DNA of 64,000 nt, from contig NW_027266269.1 of assembly GCF_022045235.1 (NCBI RefSeq), positions 16,802,001-16,866,000 on the forward strand, written 5' to 3'. Made by a program: the position numbers and the translations under genes. The notes below the pieces were generated by a model, which worked only from the letters and a program-made list of their open reading frames with translations, was not told where the DNA came from and searched no databases. The stretch is from Haliotis cracherodii. Taxonomy: Eukaryota. Of the stretch, positions 24,858 through 39,700 are shown in pieces (within the stretch, counting starts at the first letter, position 1; each line of letters opens with the position of its first letter).

Positions 24858-27218
24858 TTGAGTGTGTATATAGCCTGTACTGTGTGTGTGTCTGACATGG
24901 CTCCTACCGGAATGTGTATATAGCATGAACTGAGTGTGTATGACATGGCTCCTAACTGAACGTGTATATAGCATGTACTGTGTGTATGACATGGTACCTA
25001 CCTGTCTGTATATATAGTATGTACTGTCTGTGTATGACATGGCTCCTACCTGTCTGTATATATAGCATGTACTGTCTGTGTATGACATGGCTCCTACCCG
25101 ACTGTGTATATAGCATGTACTGTGTGTGTATGACATGGTACCTACCTGACTGTGTATATAGTATGTACTGTCTGTGTATGACATGGCTCCTACCTGAACA
25201 TGTATATAGCATGTACTGTGTGTATGACATGGTACCTACCTGACTGTGTATATAGTATGTACTGTCTGTGTATGACATGGCTCCTACCTGAACGTGTATA
25301 TAGCATGTACTGTGTGTATGACATGGTACCTACCTGAACGTGTATATAGTATGTACTGTCTGTGTATGACATGGCTCCTACCTGAACGTGTATATAGCAT
25401 GTACTGTGTGTATGACATGGTACCTACCTGTCTGTATATATAGTATGTAATGTCTGTGTATGACATGGCTCCTACTTGAATGTGTATATAGCATATACTG
25501 TCTGTGTATGACATGGCTCCTACCTGTCTGTATATATAGTATGTACTATGTGTATGACATGGCTCCTACCTGTCTGTATATATAGCATGTACTGTGTGTA
25601 TCACATGATACCTACCTGTCTGTATATATAGCATGTACTGTCTGTGTATGACATGGAACCTACCTGTCTGTATATATAGCATGTACTGTGTGTGTTACAT
25701 GGTACCTACCTGTCTGTATATATAGTATGTACTGATTGTATGACATGGTACCTACCTGTCTGTATATATAGTATGTACTGATTGTATGACATGGTACCTA
25801 CCTGTCTGTATATATAGCATGTACTGATTGTATGACATGGAACCTACCTGTCTGTATATATAGCATGTACTGTGTGTGTTACATGGTACCTACCTGTCTG
25901 TATATATAGTATGTACTGATTGTATGACATGGTACACACCGGTCTGTATCTATAGCATGTACTGTCTGTGTATGACATGGTACCTACCTGAATGTGTATA
26001 TAGCATGTACTGTGTGTGTCTGACATGGTACCTACCTGTCTGTATATATAGCATGCACTGTGTGTGTCTGACATTGTACCTACCTGGATGTGTATATAGT
26101 ATGTACTGTGTGTGTCTGACATTGTACCTACCTGAATGTGTATATAGCATGTACTGTGTGTGTCTGACATGGTACCTACCTGTCTGTATATATAGCATGC
26201 ACTGTGTGTGTCTGACATTGTACCTACCTGAATGTGTATATAGTATGTACTGTGTGTGTCTGACATTGTACCTACCTGAATGTGTATATAGTATGTACTG
26301 TGTATGTCTGACATTGTACCTACCTGAATGTGTATAGAGTATGTACTGTGTGTGTCTGACATTGTACCTACCTGAATGTGTATATAGTATGTACTGTGTG
26401 TGTCTGACATTGTACCTACCTGAATGTGTATATAGTATGTACTGTGTGTGTCTGACATTGTACCTACCTGAATGTGTATATAGTATGTACTGTGTGTGTC
26501 TGACATTGTACCTACCTGAATGTGTATATAGTATGTACTGTCTGTGTCTGACATTGTACCTACCTGAATGTGTATATAGTATGTACTGTGTGTGTCTGAC
26601 ATTGTACCTACCTGAATGTGTATATAGCATGCACTGTGTGTGTCTGACATTGTACCTACCTGAATGTGTATATAGTATGTACTGTGTGTGTCTGACATGG
26701 TACCTACCTGTCTGTATATATAGCATGCACTGTGTGTGTCTGACATTGTACCTACCTGAATGTGTATATAGTATGTACTGTCTGTGTCTGACATTGTACC
26801 TACCTGAATGTGTATATAGTATGTACTGTGTGTGTCTGACATTGTACCTACCTGAATGTGTTTATAGTATGTACTGTGTGTGTCTGACATTGTACCTACC
26901 TGAATGTGTATATAGTATGTACTGTGTGTGTCTGACATTGTACCTACCTGAATGTGTATATAGTATGTACTGTGTGTGTCTGACATTGTACCTACCTGAA
27001 TGTGTATATAGTATGTACTGTGTGTGTCTGACATTGTACCTACCTGAATGTGTATATAGTATGTACTGTGTGTGTCTGACATTGTACCTACCTGAATGTG
27101 TATATAGTATGTACTGTCTGTGTATGACATTGTACCTACCTGACTATGTATATAGCATGTACTGTATGTATAAGACTTTGTACCTCCCTGGCTGTGTATA
27201 TATTATGTACTGTGTGTT
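24858..27218. repeat. 46-48-bp minisatellite
   Basis: Unit acattgtacctacctgaatgtgtatatagtatgtactgtgtgtgtctg; 16-aa periodicity in the spurious ORFs. Confidence 0.97.
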
Positions 27219-27529
27219 TTTAACAACTGGACCCAGAGAGATTTTATTGGTTAAGCTTCTTGAACTCTTTGACCAAGTAGTTTATCAATACGACAGTCTC
27301 AAGACATGGGTGTTTTCACATCCTCTGTCTATCATACTGGACCAATATAAGTTGTCTATTGTCAATATGGCAAAGCCGAAAGGTAAAAGCTGGGTCTGTA
27401 TGTATGTATGAATACGTCTTGTCACCACAAAGAGATGCCACATCAATCAACGGAGAAGAATGTAGGCCATAGAAAGCCCTGCTGAATAATCACTGTCAAA
27501 CACAACTAGCAATGCATAACGATGCATAT

Positions 27530-30500
27530 CTATACACGACCATACACAGCCATAGACAACAATACACTGTCATACACAGCCATACACAACTATACACTGT
27601 CATACACAGCCATACACAACAATACACTGTCATACACAGCCATACACAACAATACACTGTCATACACAGCCATACACAACTATACACTGTCATACACAGC
27701 CATACACAACAATACACTGTCATACACAGCCATACACAACAATACACTGTCATACACAGCCATACACAACAATACACTGTCATACACAGCCATACACAAC
27801 TATACACTGTCATACACAGCCATACACAACAATACACTGTCATACACAGCCATACACAACAATACACTGTCATACACAGCCATACACAACAATACACTGT
27901 CATACACAGCCATAGACAACAATACACTGTCATACACAGCCATACACAACAATACACTGTCATACACAGCCATACACAACAATACACTGCCATACACAGC
28001 CATAGACAACAATACACTGTCATACACAGCTATAGACAACAATACACTGCCATACACAGCCATACACAACAATACACTGCCATACACAGCCATAGACAAC
28101 AATACACTGTCATACACAGCTATAGACAACAATACACTGCCATACACAGCCATAGACAACAATACACTGCCATACACAGCCATACACAACAATACACTGC
28201 CATACACAGCCATACACAACAATACACTGTCATACACAGCTATAGACAACAATACACTGCCATACACAGCCATAGACAACAATACACTGCCATACACAGC
28301 CATAGACAACAATACACTGCCATACACAGCCATAGACAACAATACACTGCCATACACAGCCATACACAACAATACACTGTCATACACAGCCATAGACAAC
28401 AATACACTGCCATACACAGCCATAGACAACAATACACTGCCATACACAGCCATACACAACAATACACTGCCATACACAGCCATACAGAACTAAACACTGC
28501 CATACACAGCCATACACAACAATACACTGTCATACACAGCTATAGACAACAATACACTGCCATACACAGCCATAGACAACTATACACTGCCATACACAGC
28601 CATAGACAACTATACACTGCCATACACAGCCATACACAACAATACACTGTCATACACAACAATACACTGCCATACACAGCCATACACAACAATACACTGT
28701 CATACACAGCTATAGACAACAATACACTGCCATACACAGCCATAGACAACTATACACTGCCATACACAGCCATAGACAACTATACACTGCCATACACAGC
28801 CATACACAACAATACACTGCCATACACAGCCATACACAACAATACACTGCCATACACAGCCATACACAACTATACACTGCCATACACAGCTAAACACGGC
28901 CATACACAGCCATACATGGTCATACACCGCCATACACAACTATACATAACCATGCATAGTCATACAATGCCATACACAGCCATACACTGCGATATATAGT
29001 CATACACAGCCATACACAGCCATACACAGCCATACACAACCGTACATAGTCACACACTGCTAAACACCGCCATACACAGCTATACAAAGCCATACACAGC
29101 TAATATAGTCATACAGAGCCATACGCAGCCACACACAGCCATACACAACCATACACAATGATACACAACTATACACATCCATGCACAGTCATAAAGAGAA
29201 ATACACGGCGAAACACAGCCATACACAGCCATACACAACCACACACAACCACAGCCAGCCATACACAACCATACACAACCTTACACAACCATTCACAACC
29301 ATATACAACCATACACACCCATACACCGACATACACAGCCATATACAACCATACACACCCATACACCGACATACACAGCCATATACAACCATACACACCC
29401 ATACACCGACATACACAGCCATATACAACCATACACACCCATACACCGACATACACAGCCATATACAACCATACACACCCATACACCGACATACACAGCC
29501 ATATACAGACATACACAGTCATACACAGCCATACACAGCCATACACAACCACACACAACCTTACACAACCATTCACAACCATATACAACCATACACAACC
29601 ATACACCGACATACACAGCCATATACAGACATACACAGTCATACACAGCCATACACAGTCATACACAGCCATACACAGCCATACACAACCTTACACGTTT
29701 ATACACAGCCATACACCGTCATACACAGCCATACACCGCCATACACAGCCTTACACATTTATACACAACCATACACAGCCATACACAGCCATACACAGCC
29801 ATACACAGCCATACACCGCCATACACAGCCATACACAACCATATACAGACATACACAGTCATACACAGCCATACACAGCCATACACAGCCATACACAGCC
29901 ATACACCGCCATACACAGCCATACACAACCATACACAGCCTTACACAGCCATACACAACCATATACAGACATACACAGTCATACACAGCCATACACAGCC
30001 ATACACAGCCATACACAGCCATACACCGCCATACACAGCAATACACAACCATACACAGCCATACACAACCATACACAGCCTTACACATTTATACACAACC
30101 ATACACAGCCATACACAGCCATACACAGCCATACACAGCCATACACCGTCATACACAGCCTTACACATTTATACACAGCCATACACAGCCATACACCGCC
30201 ATACACAACCATACACAGCCTTACACAGCCATACACAACCATACACAGCCATACACAGCCATACACCGCCATACACAGCCTTACACATTTATACACAACC
30301 ATACACAGCCATACACAGCCATACACCGCCATACACCGCCATACACAGCCTTACACATTTATACACCGCCATACACAGCCATACACAGCCATACACAGCC
30401 TTACACAGCCATACACAGCCATACACAGCCTTACACAGCCATACACCGCCATACACAGCCATACACAGCCTTACACAGCCATACACCGCCATACACAGCC

Positions 30501-31930
30501 ATACACAGCCTTACACAGCTATACACCGCCATACACAACCATACACAGCCTTACACATTTATACACAACCATACACAGCCATACACAGCCATACACCGCC
30601 ATACACAGCCTTACACATTTATACACAACCATACACAGCCATACACAGCCATACACCGCCATACACCGCCATACACAGCCTTACACATTTATACACCGCC
30701 ATACACAGCCATACACAGCCATACACAGCCTTACACAGCCATACACAGCCATACACAGCCTTACACAGCCATACACCGCCATACACAGCCATACACAGCC
30801 ATACACAGCCTTACACATTTATACACAGCCATACACCGACATACACCGCCATACACAGCCTTACACATTTATACACAACCATACACAGCCATACACAGCC
30901 ATACACCGCCATACACCGCCATACACAGCCTTACACATTTATACACAACCATACACAGCCATACACAGCCATACACCGCCATACACAGCCTTACACATTT
31001 ATACACAGCCATACACCGTCATACACAGCCATACACCGCCATACACAGCCTTACACAGCCATACACAACCATACACAGCCATACACAGCCATACACCGCC
31101 ATACACAGCCTTACACATTTATACACAACCATACACAGCCATACACAGCCATACACAGCCTTACACAGCCATACACCGCCATACACAGCCATACACAGCC
31201 TTACACATTTATACACAGCCATACACCGCCATACACAGCCATACACCGCCATACACAGCCATACACAACCTTACACATTTATACACAGCCATACACCGCC
31301 ATACACAGCCATACACCGCCATACACAGCCATACACAGCCTTACACATTTATACACAGCCATACACCGCCATACACAGCCATACACCGCCATACACAGCC
31401 ATAGACAGCCTTACACAGCCATACACCGCCATACACAGCCATACACAGCCTTACACATTTATACACAGCCATACACCGCCATACACAGCCATACACCGCC
31501 ATACACAGCCATACACCGTCATACACAAACATATACAACCATACACATTTATACAAAACCATACACCGTCATACACAGCCATGTACAGTCATACAGAGCC
31601 ATACACAACCTTACACGTTTATACACAACCATACACGGTCATACACAGCCATACACCGCCATACACAACCTTACACATTTATACACAACCATACACTGTC
31701 ATACACAAACATATACAACCATACACATTTATACAAAACCATACACCGTCATACACAGCCATGTACAGTCATACAGAGCCATACACAGTCATACAACCTT
31801 ACACATTTATACACAACCATACACCGTCATACACCCCCATACACGACCTTACACAACCTTACACATTTATACACAACCATACACCGCCATACACAGCCAT
31901 ACACAGCCATACACAACCACACACAGTCAT
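27530..31930. repeat. 10-bp satellite (catacacagc variants) with a 30-bp higher-order unit in the first third
   Basis: (catacacagc catacacaac aatacactgt)n to about 28880, then mixed 10-mers. Confidence 0.98.
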
Positions 31931-32679
31931 AGATAACATTGATGTCATGTGTCAGTGATGGAATGTAGTGGTGCCTTTATGCCCAGTACTACTGTTGCGA
32001 GAAAAGCAACGAGGAAGTTTAATGGACTTGTCACTTTAGTTGACGTGTTACTGCTGCTGGATGCGCGACATGCTTCTTACACCTGACAGGAAACGACCCA
32101 TCTTAAAATGTTGTCTTATCTTACATTGCCTATCCGATGTTGAATATCATCAGAAAATGATATGTCAGGAAATGTCCTTTAAGGGGACAAGACTAGACTT
32201 TGCAGTCCCAAGTCATTCACAATTGATTTTGTTTCCCTGCAAAATAGATGTCAATCTTGCAGATTATTATACCCGTATTTCTGTCTCAGTTTAAAATTGT
32301 CATCAGTTGGCGGAGCATATAGTCCTCCTTTGAAAAGCACAATTGCTAGCGAGTTTTAAATCTGTATGGGTGGAGCTGACCAGGTCTGACTTATATTTTA
32401 GTAGAACCAGTGGAAACATAGGTGTATCAGCTTAACAATTTCATATTTCATACAGGCCAGGTATGACAGTTATATTAAAAAACAAAAAACAAACATGCCA
32501 TATTACCACGTTATAAAAGATGGATACAAATATATACCACAAGATATGAAACGGCTGAAGGAAAGTGTAAAGTTTTCTCTCAATCTTTTGTCTAATTCTC
32601 GTCACAATGTTCTGTTGGAATATGGGTTAGTGAACGATAAAGCCATCGCCCGGGGCAGGTTGTGGGACGCCCAGGGGGA

Positions 32680-32735
32680 TATAAAAGAAGAGACCAAGAC
32701 GTAGCCTCACATCCAACTCCTGCTACTACTCAGAG
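32680..32735 (+). promoter_or_regulatory. Probable TATA box and short non-coding first exon of the aldo-keto reductase gene
   Basis: TATAAAAG at 32680 and a consensus donor GAG|GTAAGT at 32736. The first coding exon has an acceptor (ttttttctag| at 36160) upstream of its ATG, so an upstream exon is implied. Confidence 0.55.
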
Positions 32736-32914
32736 GTAAGTTGTTGAGCTACATCCTTGTCATGGAAAGGTGAGCGAGCCACCTGTGTCCCCCATTTACG
32801 ATCTTAAGCTGGTCACGGTTAACGTACGTCGTCAGAAGGAGGCGATTGATGCAATAGTTAGTAGTGGAAATGTTTTGTTACCTAAAATGGTTAATAGTGT
32901 CCCTATGATATGAG

Positions 32915-35900
32915 TTGCTGGTATATTTGCTGGTGGATGTGTATCTTTATGGATGTACATTGGTTGGTGGATGTACATTGGTTGGTGGTTGAATATTTGT
33001 TGGTGGATGAATATTTGTTGGTGGATGTAAAATAGTTGGTGGATGTATATTTGTATGTGGATGTATATTAGTTGGTGGATGTACATTAGTTGGTGGATGT
33101 ACATTAGTTGGTGGATGTATATTTGTTGGTGGGTATATATTTGTTGGTGGATGTATATTTGTTGGTGGATGTATATAAGTTGGTGGATGTACATTAGTTG
33201 GTGGATGTACATTAGTTGGTGGTTGAATATTTGTTGGTGGGTATATATTTGTTGGTGGGTATATATTTGTTGGTGGATGTATATTTGTTGGTGGATGTAT
33301 ATTAGTTGGTGGATGTACATTGGTTGGTGGTTGTACATTGGTTGGTGGTTGAATATTTGTTGGTGGATGAATATTTGTTGGTGGATGTATATTAGTTGGT
33401 GGATGTATATTTGTATGTGGATGTATATTAGTTGGTGGATGTACATTAGTTGGTGGTTGAATATTTGTTGGTGGGTATATATTTGTTGGTGGATGTATAT
33501 TTGTTGGTGGATGTATATTAGTTGGTGGATGTATATTAGTTGGTGGATGTATATTTGTTGGTGGATGTATATTTGTTGGTGGATGTATATTTGTTGGTGG
33601 ATGTATATTTGTTGGTGGATGTATATAAGTTGGTGGATGTATATTAGTTGGTGGATGTATATTAGTTGGTGGATGTATATTTGTTGGTGGATGTATATTT
33701 GTTGGTGGATGTATATTAGTTGGTGGATGTATATTTGTTGGTGGATGTATATTAGTTGGTGGATGTATATTTTTGTGGGTGTATATTAGTTGGTGGATGT
33801 ATATTAGTTGGTGGATGTATATTGGTTGGTGGATGTACATTGGTTGGTGGATGTATATTTGTTGGTGGATGTATATTTGTTGGTGGATGTATATTTTTTG
33901 TGGATGTATTTTGGTTGGTGGATGTGCATTGGTTCATAGATGTATATCTGTTTGTGGATGTATATTAGTTGGTGGATGTACATTTGTTGGTGGATGTATA
34001 TTTGTATGTGGATGTATATTTGTATGTGGATGTATATTAGTTGGTGGATGTATATTTGTATGTGGATGTATATTAGTTGGTGGATGTATATTAGTTGGTG
34101 GATGTATATTTGTATGTGGGTGTATATTAGTTGGTGGATGTATATTAGTTGGTGGATGTATATTAGTTGGTGGATGTATATTAGTTGGTGGATGTATATT
34201 AGTTGGTGGATGTATATTAGTTGGTGGATGTATATTAGTTGGTGGATGTATATTTGTTGGTGGATGTATATTAGTTGGTGGATGTATATTAGTTGGTGGA
34301 TGTATATTAGTTGGTGGATGTGAATTAGTTGGTGGATGTATATTAGTTGGTGGATGTATATTAGTTGGTGGATGTATATTTGTTGGTGGATGTATATTTG
34401 TTGGTGGATGTATATTTGTATGTGGATGTATATTAGTTGGTGGATGTATATTAGTTGGTGGATGTATATAAGTTGGTGGATGTATATTAGTTGGTGGATG
34501 TATATTAGTTGGTGGATGTATATTTGTATGTGGATGTATATTAGTTGGTGGATGTATATTAGTTGGTGGATGTATATTAGTTGGTGGATGTATATTTGTT
34601 GGTGGATGTATATTAGTTGGTGGATGTATATTTTTGTGGGTGTATATTAGTTGGTGGATGTATATTAGTTGGTGGATGTATATTGGTTGGTGGATGTACA
34701 TTGGTTGGTGGATGTATATTTGTTGGTGGATGTATATTTGTTGGTGGATGTATATTTTTTGTGGATGTATTTTGGTTGGTGGATGTGCATTGGTTCATAG
34801 ATGTATATCTGTTTGTGGATGTATATTAGTTGGTGGATGTACATTTGTTGGTGGATGTATATTTGTATGTGGATGTATATTTGTATGTGGATGTATATTA
34901 GTTGGTGGATGTATATTTGTATGTGGATGTATATTAGTTGGTGGATGTATATTAGTTGGTGGATGTATATTTGTATGTGGGTGTATATTAGTTGGTGGAT
35001 GTATATTAGTTGGTGGATGTATATTAGTTGGTGGATGTATATTAGTTGGTGGATGTATATGTGTTGGTGGATGTATATTAGTTGGTGGATGTATATTAGT
35101 TGGTGGATGTATATTAGTTGGTGGATGTATATTTGTTGGTTGATGTATATTAGTTGGTGGATGTATATTAGTTGGTGGATGTATATTAGTTGGTGGATGT
35201 GAATTAGTTGGTGGATGTATATTAGTTGGTGGATGTATATTAGTTGGTGGATGTATATTTGTTGGTGGATGTATATTTGTTGGTGGATGTATATTTGTAT
35301 GTGGATGTATATTAGTTGGTGGATGTATATTAGTTGGTGGATGTATATAAGTTGGTGGATGTATATTAGTTGGTGGATGTATATTAGTTGGTGGATGTAT
35401 ATTTGTATGTGGATGTATATTAGTTGGTGGATGTATATTAGTTGGTGGATGTATATTAGTTGGTGGATGTATATTTGTTGGTGGATGTATATTTGTATGT
35501 GGATGTATATTAGTTGGTGGATGTATATTAGTTGGTGGATGTATATTTGTATGTGGATGTACATTAGTTGGTGGATGTATATTAGTTGGTGGATGTATAT
35601 TAGTTGGTGGATGTATATTTGTTGGTGGATGTATATTAGTTGGTGGATGTATATTTGTATGTGGATGTATATTAGTTGATGGATGTATATTAGTTGGTGG
35701 ATGTATATTAGTTGGTGGATGTAGATAAGTTGGTGGATGTATATTAGTTGGTGGATGTATATTAGTTGGTGGATGTACATTGGTTGGTGGATGTATATTT
35801 GTATGGGGATGTATATTTGTTTGTGGATGTATATTTTTTGTGGATGTATATTAGTTGGTGGATGTATATAAGTTGGTGGATGTATATTAGTTGATGGATG

Positions 35901-35925
35901 TATATAAGTTGGTGGATGTATGTTG
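32915..35925. repeat. 18-bp minisatellite in the probable 5'-UTR intron of the reductase
   Basis: (ttagttggtggatgtata)n with an 861-bp internal duplication. Confidence 0.98.
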
Positions 35926-36175
35926 GTTTGTACACGGAATATTGCTACATTTACCATTTTAAATGGTATATGATGCATCTACATGTCACGCACCTGTCAA
36001 GTCTCCATGTTGGAACGTAGGGTAGTAACGTGACAAAATCGGGAAGTGTGTCAACAACTGGTACCTCTAGTGAACTGAAGGAAGGCCTTGTCCTACCTCT
36101 TACCGTGTAGGCAGTTATCCTCAGTGCATGTGGTCTGTGATGAGTTGTGTTTTTTTCTAGCCGACACGTGGAATA

Positions 36176-36274
36176 ATGAGTGGCACCACCAAGATAGAGT
36201 ACCGCTACATGGGACGTTCCGGGCTGAAGGTGTCCTGCGTGTGTCTGGGTACCATGATGTTCGGAGAGAGGCAG
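36176..36274 (+). CDS. Aldo-keto reductase (Tas/YajO-like) coding exon 1
   Basis: MSGTTKIEYRYMGRSGLKVSCVCLGTMMFGERQ, the typical AKR N-terminus (YRxLGxSGLKVSxxxLGTM). Donor CAG|gtaggg, phase 0. Confidence 0.92.
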
Positions 36275-36727
36275 GTAGGGCTGACTCCACAATCCTCATC
36301 TGTACGTCAGTTACTGTCCATATCACCTCACTTTCTTCTGTTTGACCTTTTCGAGCACATAAATAAAACCAATTGGGCTGTGGGTGATGTGACGTCCAAG
36401 GTTTTGAGTTGTTTCAAATGAATGTTGTAGGCAAACATTGTGTGTAAATTGTTAATTGCAAACAAAATGAACTTTGCCTGAATGTATAGAAACTACAACT
36501 TGGAATGTTGCAATTAGCAAGTCAGTATCTGAAACCGACTACCCCTGATCGCCTACCTGGTGGGCTGACAATGTCTGCTGCAAGATCCTACCCTGGCTAT
36601 GCAAGTTTAATCTCACCCAGCAAGCAGCACGTGCTGCATGCTAACTTAAACGCAATCCACGAAGCTGTTGTGTATTTTTTAATCAACCACTATCTATCGG
36701 AACATGACTCTTGTTCCCGGACGCTCC

Positions 36728-39700
36728 AGAACACCCCTACCCTGTGACTGTGTTGACAATATGTGTTGCAAAACCACTACCTGGGGTAGTGTGACTGTGT
36801 TGTCAATGTGCGTTGCAGAACCCCTACCCTGGCCAGTGTGACTGTGTTCATTGGTGTGTTGACAATGTGTGTTGCAGAACCCCTACCAAGGCCAGTGTGA
36901 CTGTTGACAGGTGTGTGGACAATGTGTGTTGCAGAACCCCTACCCTAGCCAGTGTCACTGTGTTGACAGGTGTGTTGCAGAACCCGTACCCGGGCCAGTG
37001 TCACAGTGTTGACAGGTGTGTTGCAGAACCCTTACCCTAGCCAGTGTCAACGTGTTGAGAGGTGTGTTGACAATGTGTGTTGCAGAACCCCTACCATTGC
37101 CACTGTGACTGTGTTCATTGGTGTGTTGACAATGTGTGTTGCAGAACCCCTACCCTTGCCAGTGTGACTGTGTTGTCAATGTGTGTTGGAGAACCCCTAC
37201 CCTAGCCAGTGCCACTGTGTTGACAGGTGTGTTGCAGAACCCCTACCCTAGCCAGTGTCAATGTGTTGACAGGTGTGTTGACAATGTGTGTTGAAGAACA
37301 CCTACCCTGACCAGTGTGACTATGTTGTCAATGTGTGTTGTCAATGTGTGTTGCAGAACCCCTACCCTGGCCAGTGTCACTGTGTTCATTGGTGTGTTGA
37401 CAATGTGTGTTGGAGAACCCCTACCCATGCCAGTGTGACTAAGTTGTCAATGTGTTGGAGAACTCCTAACCCTGGCCAGTGTCACTGTGTTTTCTGGTGT
37501 GTTGACAATGTGTGTTGCTGAACCTCTACCTTGGCAAGCGTGAATATGTTGTGTTGTGTGTTGACAATGTGTGTTGAAGAACCCCTTCCCTGGCCAGTGT
37601 GACTGTGTTGTCAATGTGTGTTGGAGAACCTCTAACCCTGGAGAGTGTGACTGTGTTGTCTGGTGTGTCGTGAACCCCCACCCTGGCCAGTGTGACTGGG
37701 TTATCAATGTGTGTTGCAGAACCCCTTCCCTGGCCAGTGTGACTGTGTTCATTGGTGTGTTGACAATTTGTGTTGCAGAACCTCTACCCTTGCCAGTGTG
37801 ACTGTGTTGTCAATGTGTGTTGTGAACCCCTAACCAGGCAAGTGTGACTGTTGACAGGTGTGTGGACAATGTGTGTGGCAGAACCCCTACCCGGGCCAGT
37901 GTGACTGTATCGTCAATGTGTTTTGCAGAACTACTCTCCTGGCCAGTGTGACTGTGTTGTCTGGTGTGTTGTGAACCCGTACCCGGGCCAGTATCACTGT
38001 CTTGACAAGTTATTGCAGATCCCCTACCCTAGTCAGTGTCACTGTGTTGACAGGTGTGTTGACAATGTGTGTTGCAGAACCCTTACCCTGGCCAGTGTAA
38101 CTATGTTGTCAATGAGTGTTCTCAATGTGTGTTGGAGAACCTCTAACCCTGGCCAGTGTGACTGTGTTGTCTGGTGTGTTGCAGAACCCCTACCCTAGCC
38201 AGTGCCAATGTGTTGACAGGTGTGTTGACAATGTGTGTTGCAGAACCCCTACCCTGGCCAGTGTGACTATGTTGACAATGTGTGTTGCAGAACCCCTACC
38301 CTGGCCAGTGTGACTGTGTTGTCTGGTGTGTTGACAATGTGTGTTGCAGAACCCCTTCCCAAGCCAGTGTCAATGTGTTGACAGGTGTGTTGACAATGTG
38401 TGTTGCAGAACCCCTACCCTGACCAGTGTGACTATGTTGTCAATGAGTGTTGACAATGTGTGTTGCAGAACCCCTACCCTGACACCCTGGTGTGTTGACA
38501 ATGTGTGTTGTCAATCAGTGTTAAAGAACCTCTAACCCTGGCCAGTGTGACTGTGTTGTCTGGTGTGCTGACAATGTGTGTTGCAGGACCCCTACCCGGA
38601 CAAGTGTGACTATGTTGTCAATGTGTATTGCAGAACCCCTATCCGGGCCAGTGTGACTGTGTCATCAATGTGTGTTGCAAAACTCCTCCTCTGGCCAATA
38701 TGACTGTGTTGTATGGTGTGTTGTGAACCCGTACCCGGGCCAGTGTCACTGTGTTGACAGGTTTTTGCAGATCCCCTACACTAGCCAGTGTCACTGTCTT
38801 GACAGGTGTGTTGCAGAGCCCGTACCCGAGCCAGTGTCACTGTGTTGTCTGGTGTGTTGCAGAACCCTTACCCTAGCCAGTGTCAATGTGTTGACAGGTG
38901 TGTTGACAATGTGTGTTGAAGAACACCTACCCTGGCAAGTGTGACTGTGTTTATTGGTGTGTTGACAATGTGCGTTGCAGAACTCCTACCCTTACCAGTG
39001 TGACTGTGTTGTCATTGTGTGTTGTCAGTGTGTGTTGCAGAACCCCTATCCTGACCAGTGTGACTATGTTGTCAATGTGTGTTGTCAATCAGTGTTGGAG
39101 AACCTCTAACCTTGGCCAGTGTGACTGTGTTGTCTGGTGTGTTGACAATATGTTTTGAAGAACCCCTACCTTGACCAGTGTGACTGTGTTGTCAGTGTGT
39201 GTTGCCAATGTGTGTTTGAGAACCCCTACCCTGACCAGTGTGACTGTGTTGTCTGGTGTGTTGTGAACCCCCACCCTGGCCAGTGTGACTGTGTTGTCAA
39301 TGTGTGTTGCAGAACCCCTTCCCTGGCCAGTGTGACTGTGTTGTCAATGTGTGTTGCAGAACCCCTTCCCTGGCCAGTGTGACTGTGTTGTCAATGTGTG
39401 TTGCAGAACTCCTAACCCTGACCAGTGTGACTGTGTTGTCAATGTGTGTTGCAGAACCCCTACCCTGACCAGTGTGACTGTGTTGTCTGGTGTGTTGTGG
39501 ACCCCCACCCTGGCCAGTGTGACTGTGTTGTCAATGTGTGTTGCAGAACCCCTTCCCTGGCCAGTGTGACTGTGTTGTCAATGTGTGTTGCAGAACCCCT
39601 TCCCTGGCCAGTGTGACTGTGTTGTCAATGTGTGTTGCAGAACTCCTAACCCTGACCAGTGTGACTGTGTTGTCAATGTGTGTTGCAGAACCCCTACCCT

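Noticed and set aside
24672-24923. Cys-rich open frame VTDGSEYECYSDF...CISNC after gttttag
   Set aside because: No recognisable family, no clear donor, it runs into the satellite, and its phase does not fit the candidate exon at 21646-21718.
24858-27218. Minus-strand CAG|GTAGGT donor consensus in nearly every 48-bp unit
   Set aside because: The edge units are degenerate and I could not link either end to an exon, so it is not counted as junction-anchored.
24846-35978. Long repetitive ORFs (up to 925 aa; HTQPYTAI, NIHPPT, WWMYIS, SDTHSTYY)
   Set aside because: They are open in several frames on both strands because the satellite units lack stops. There is no unique coding context.
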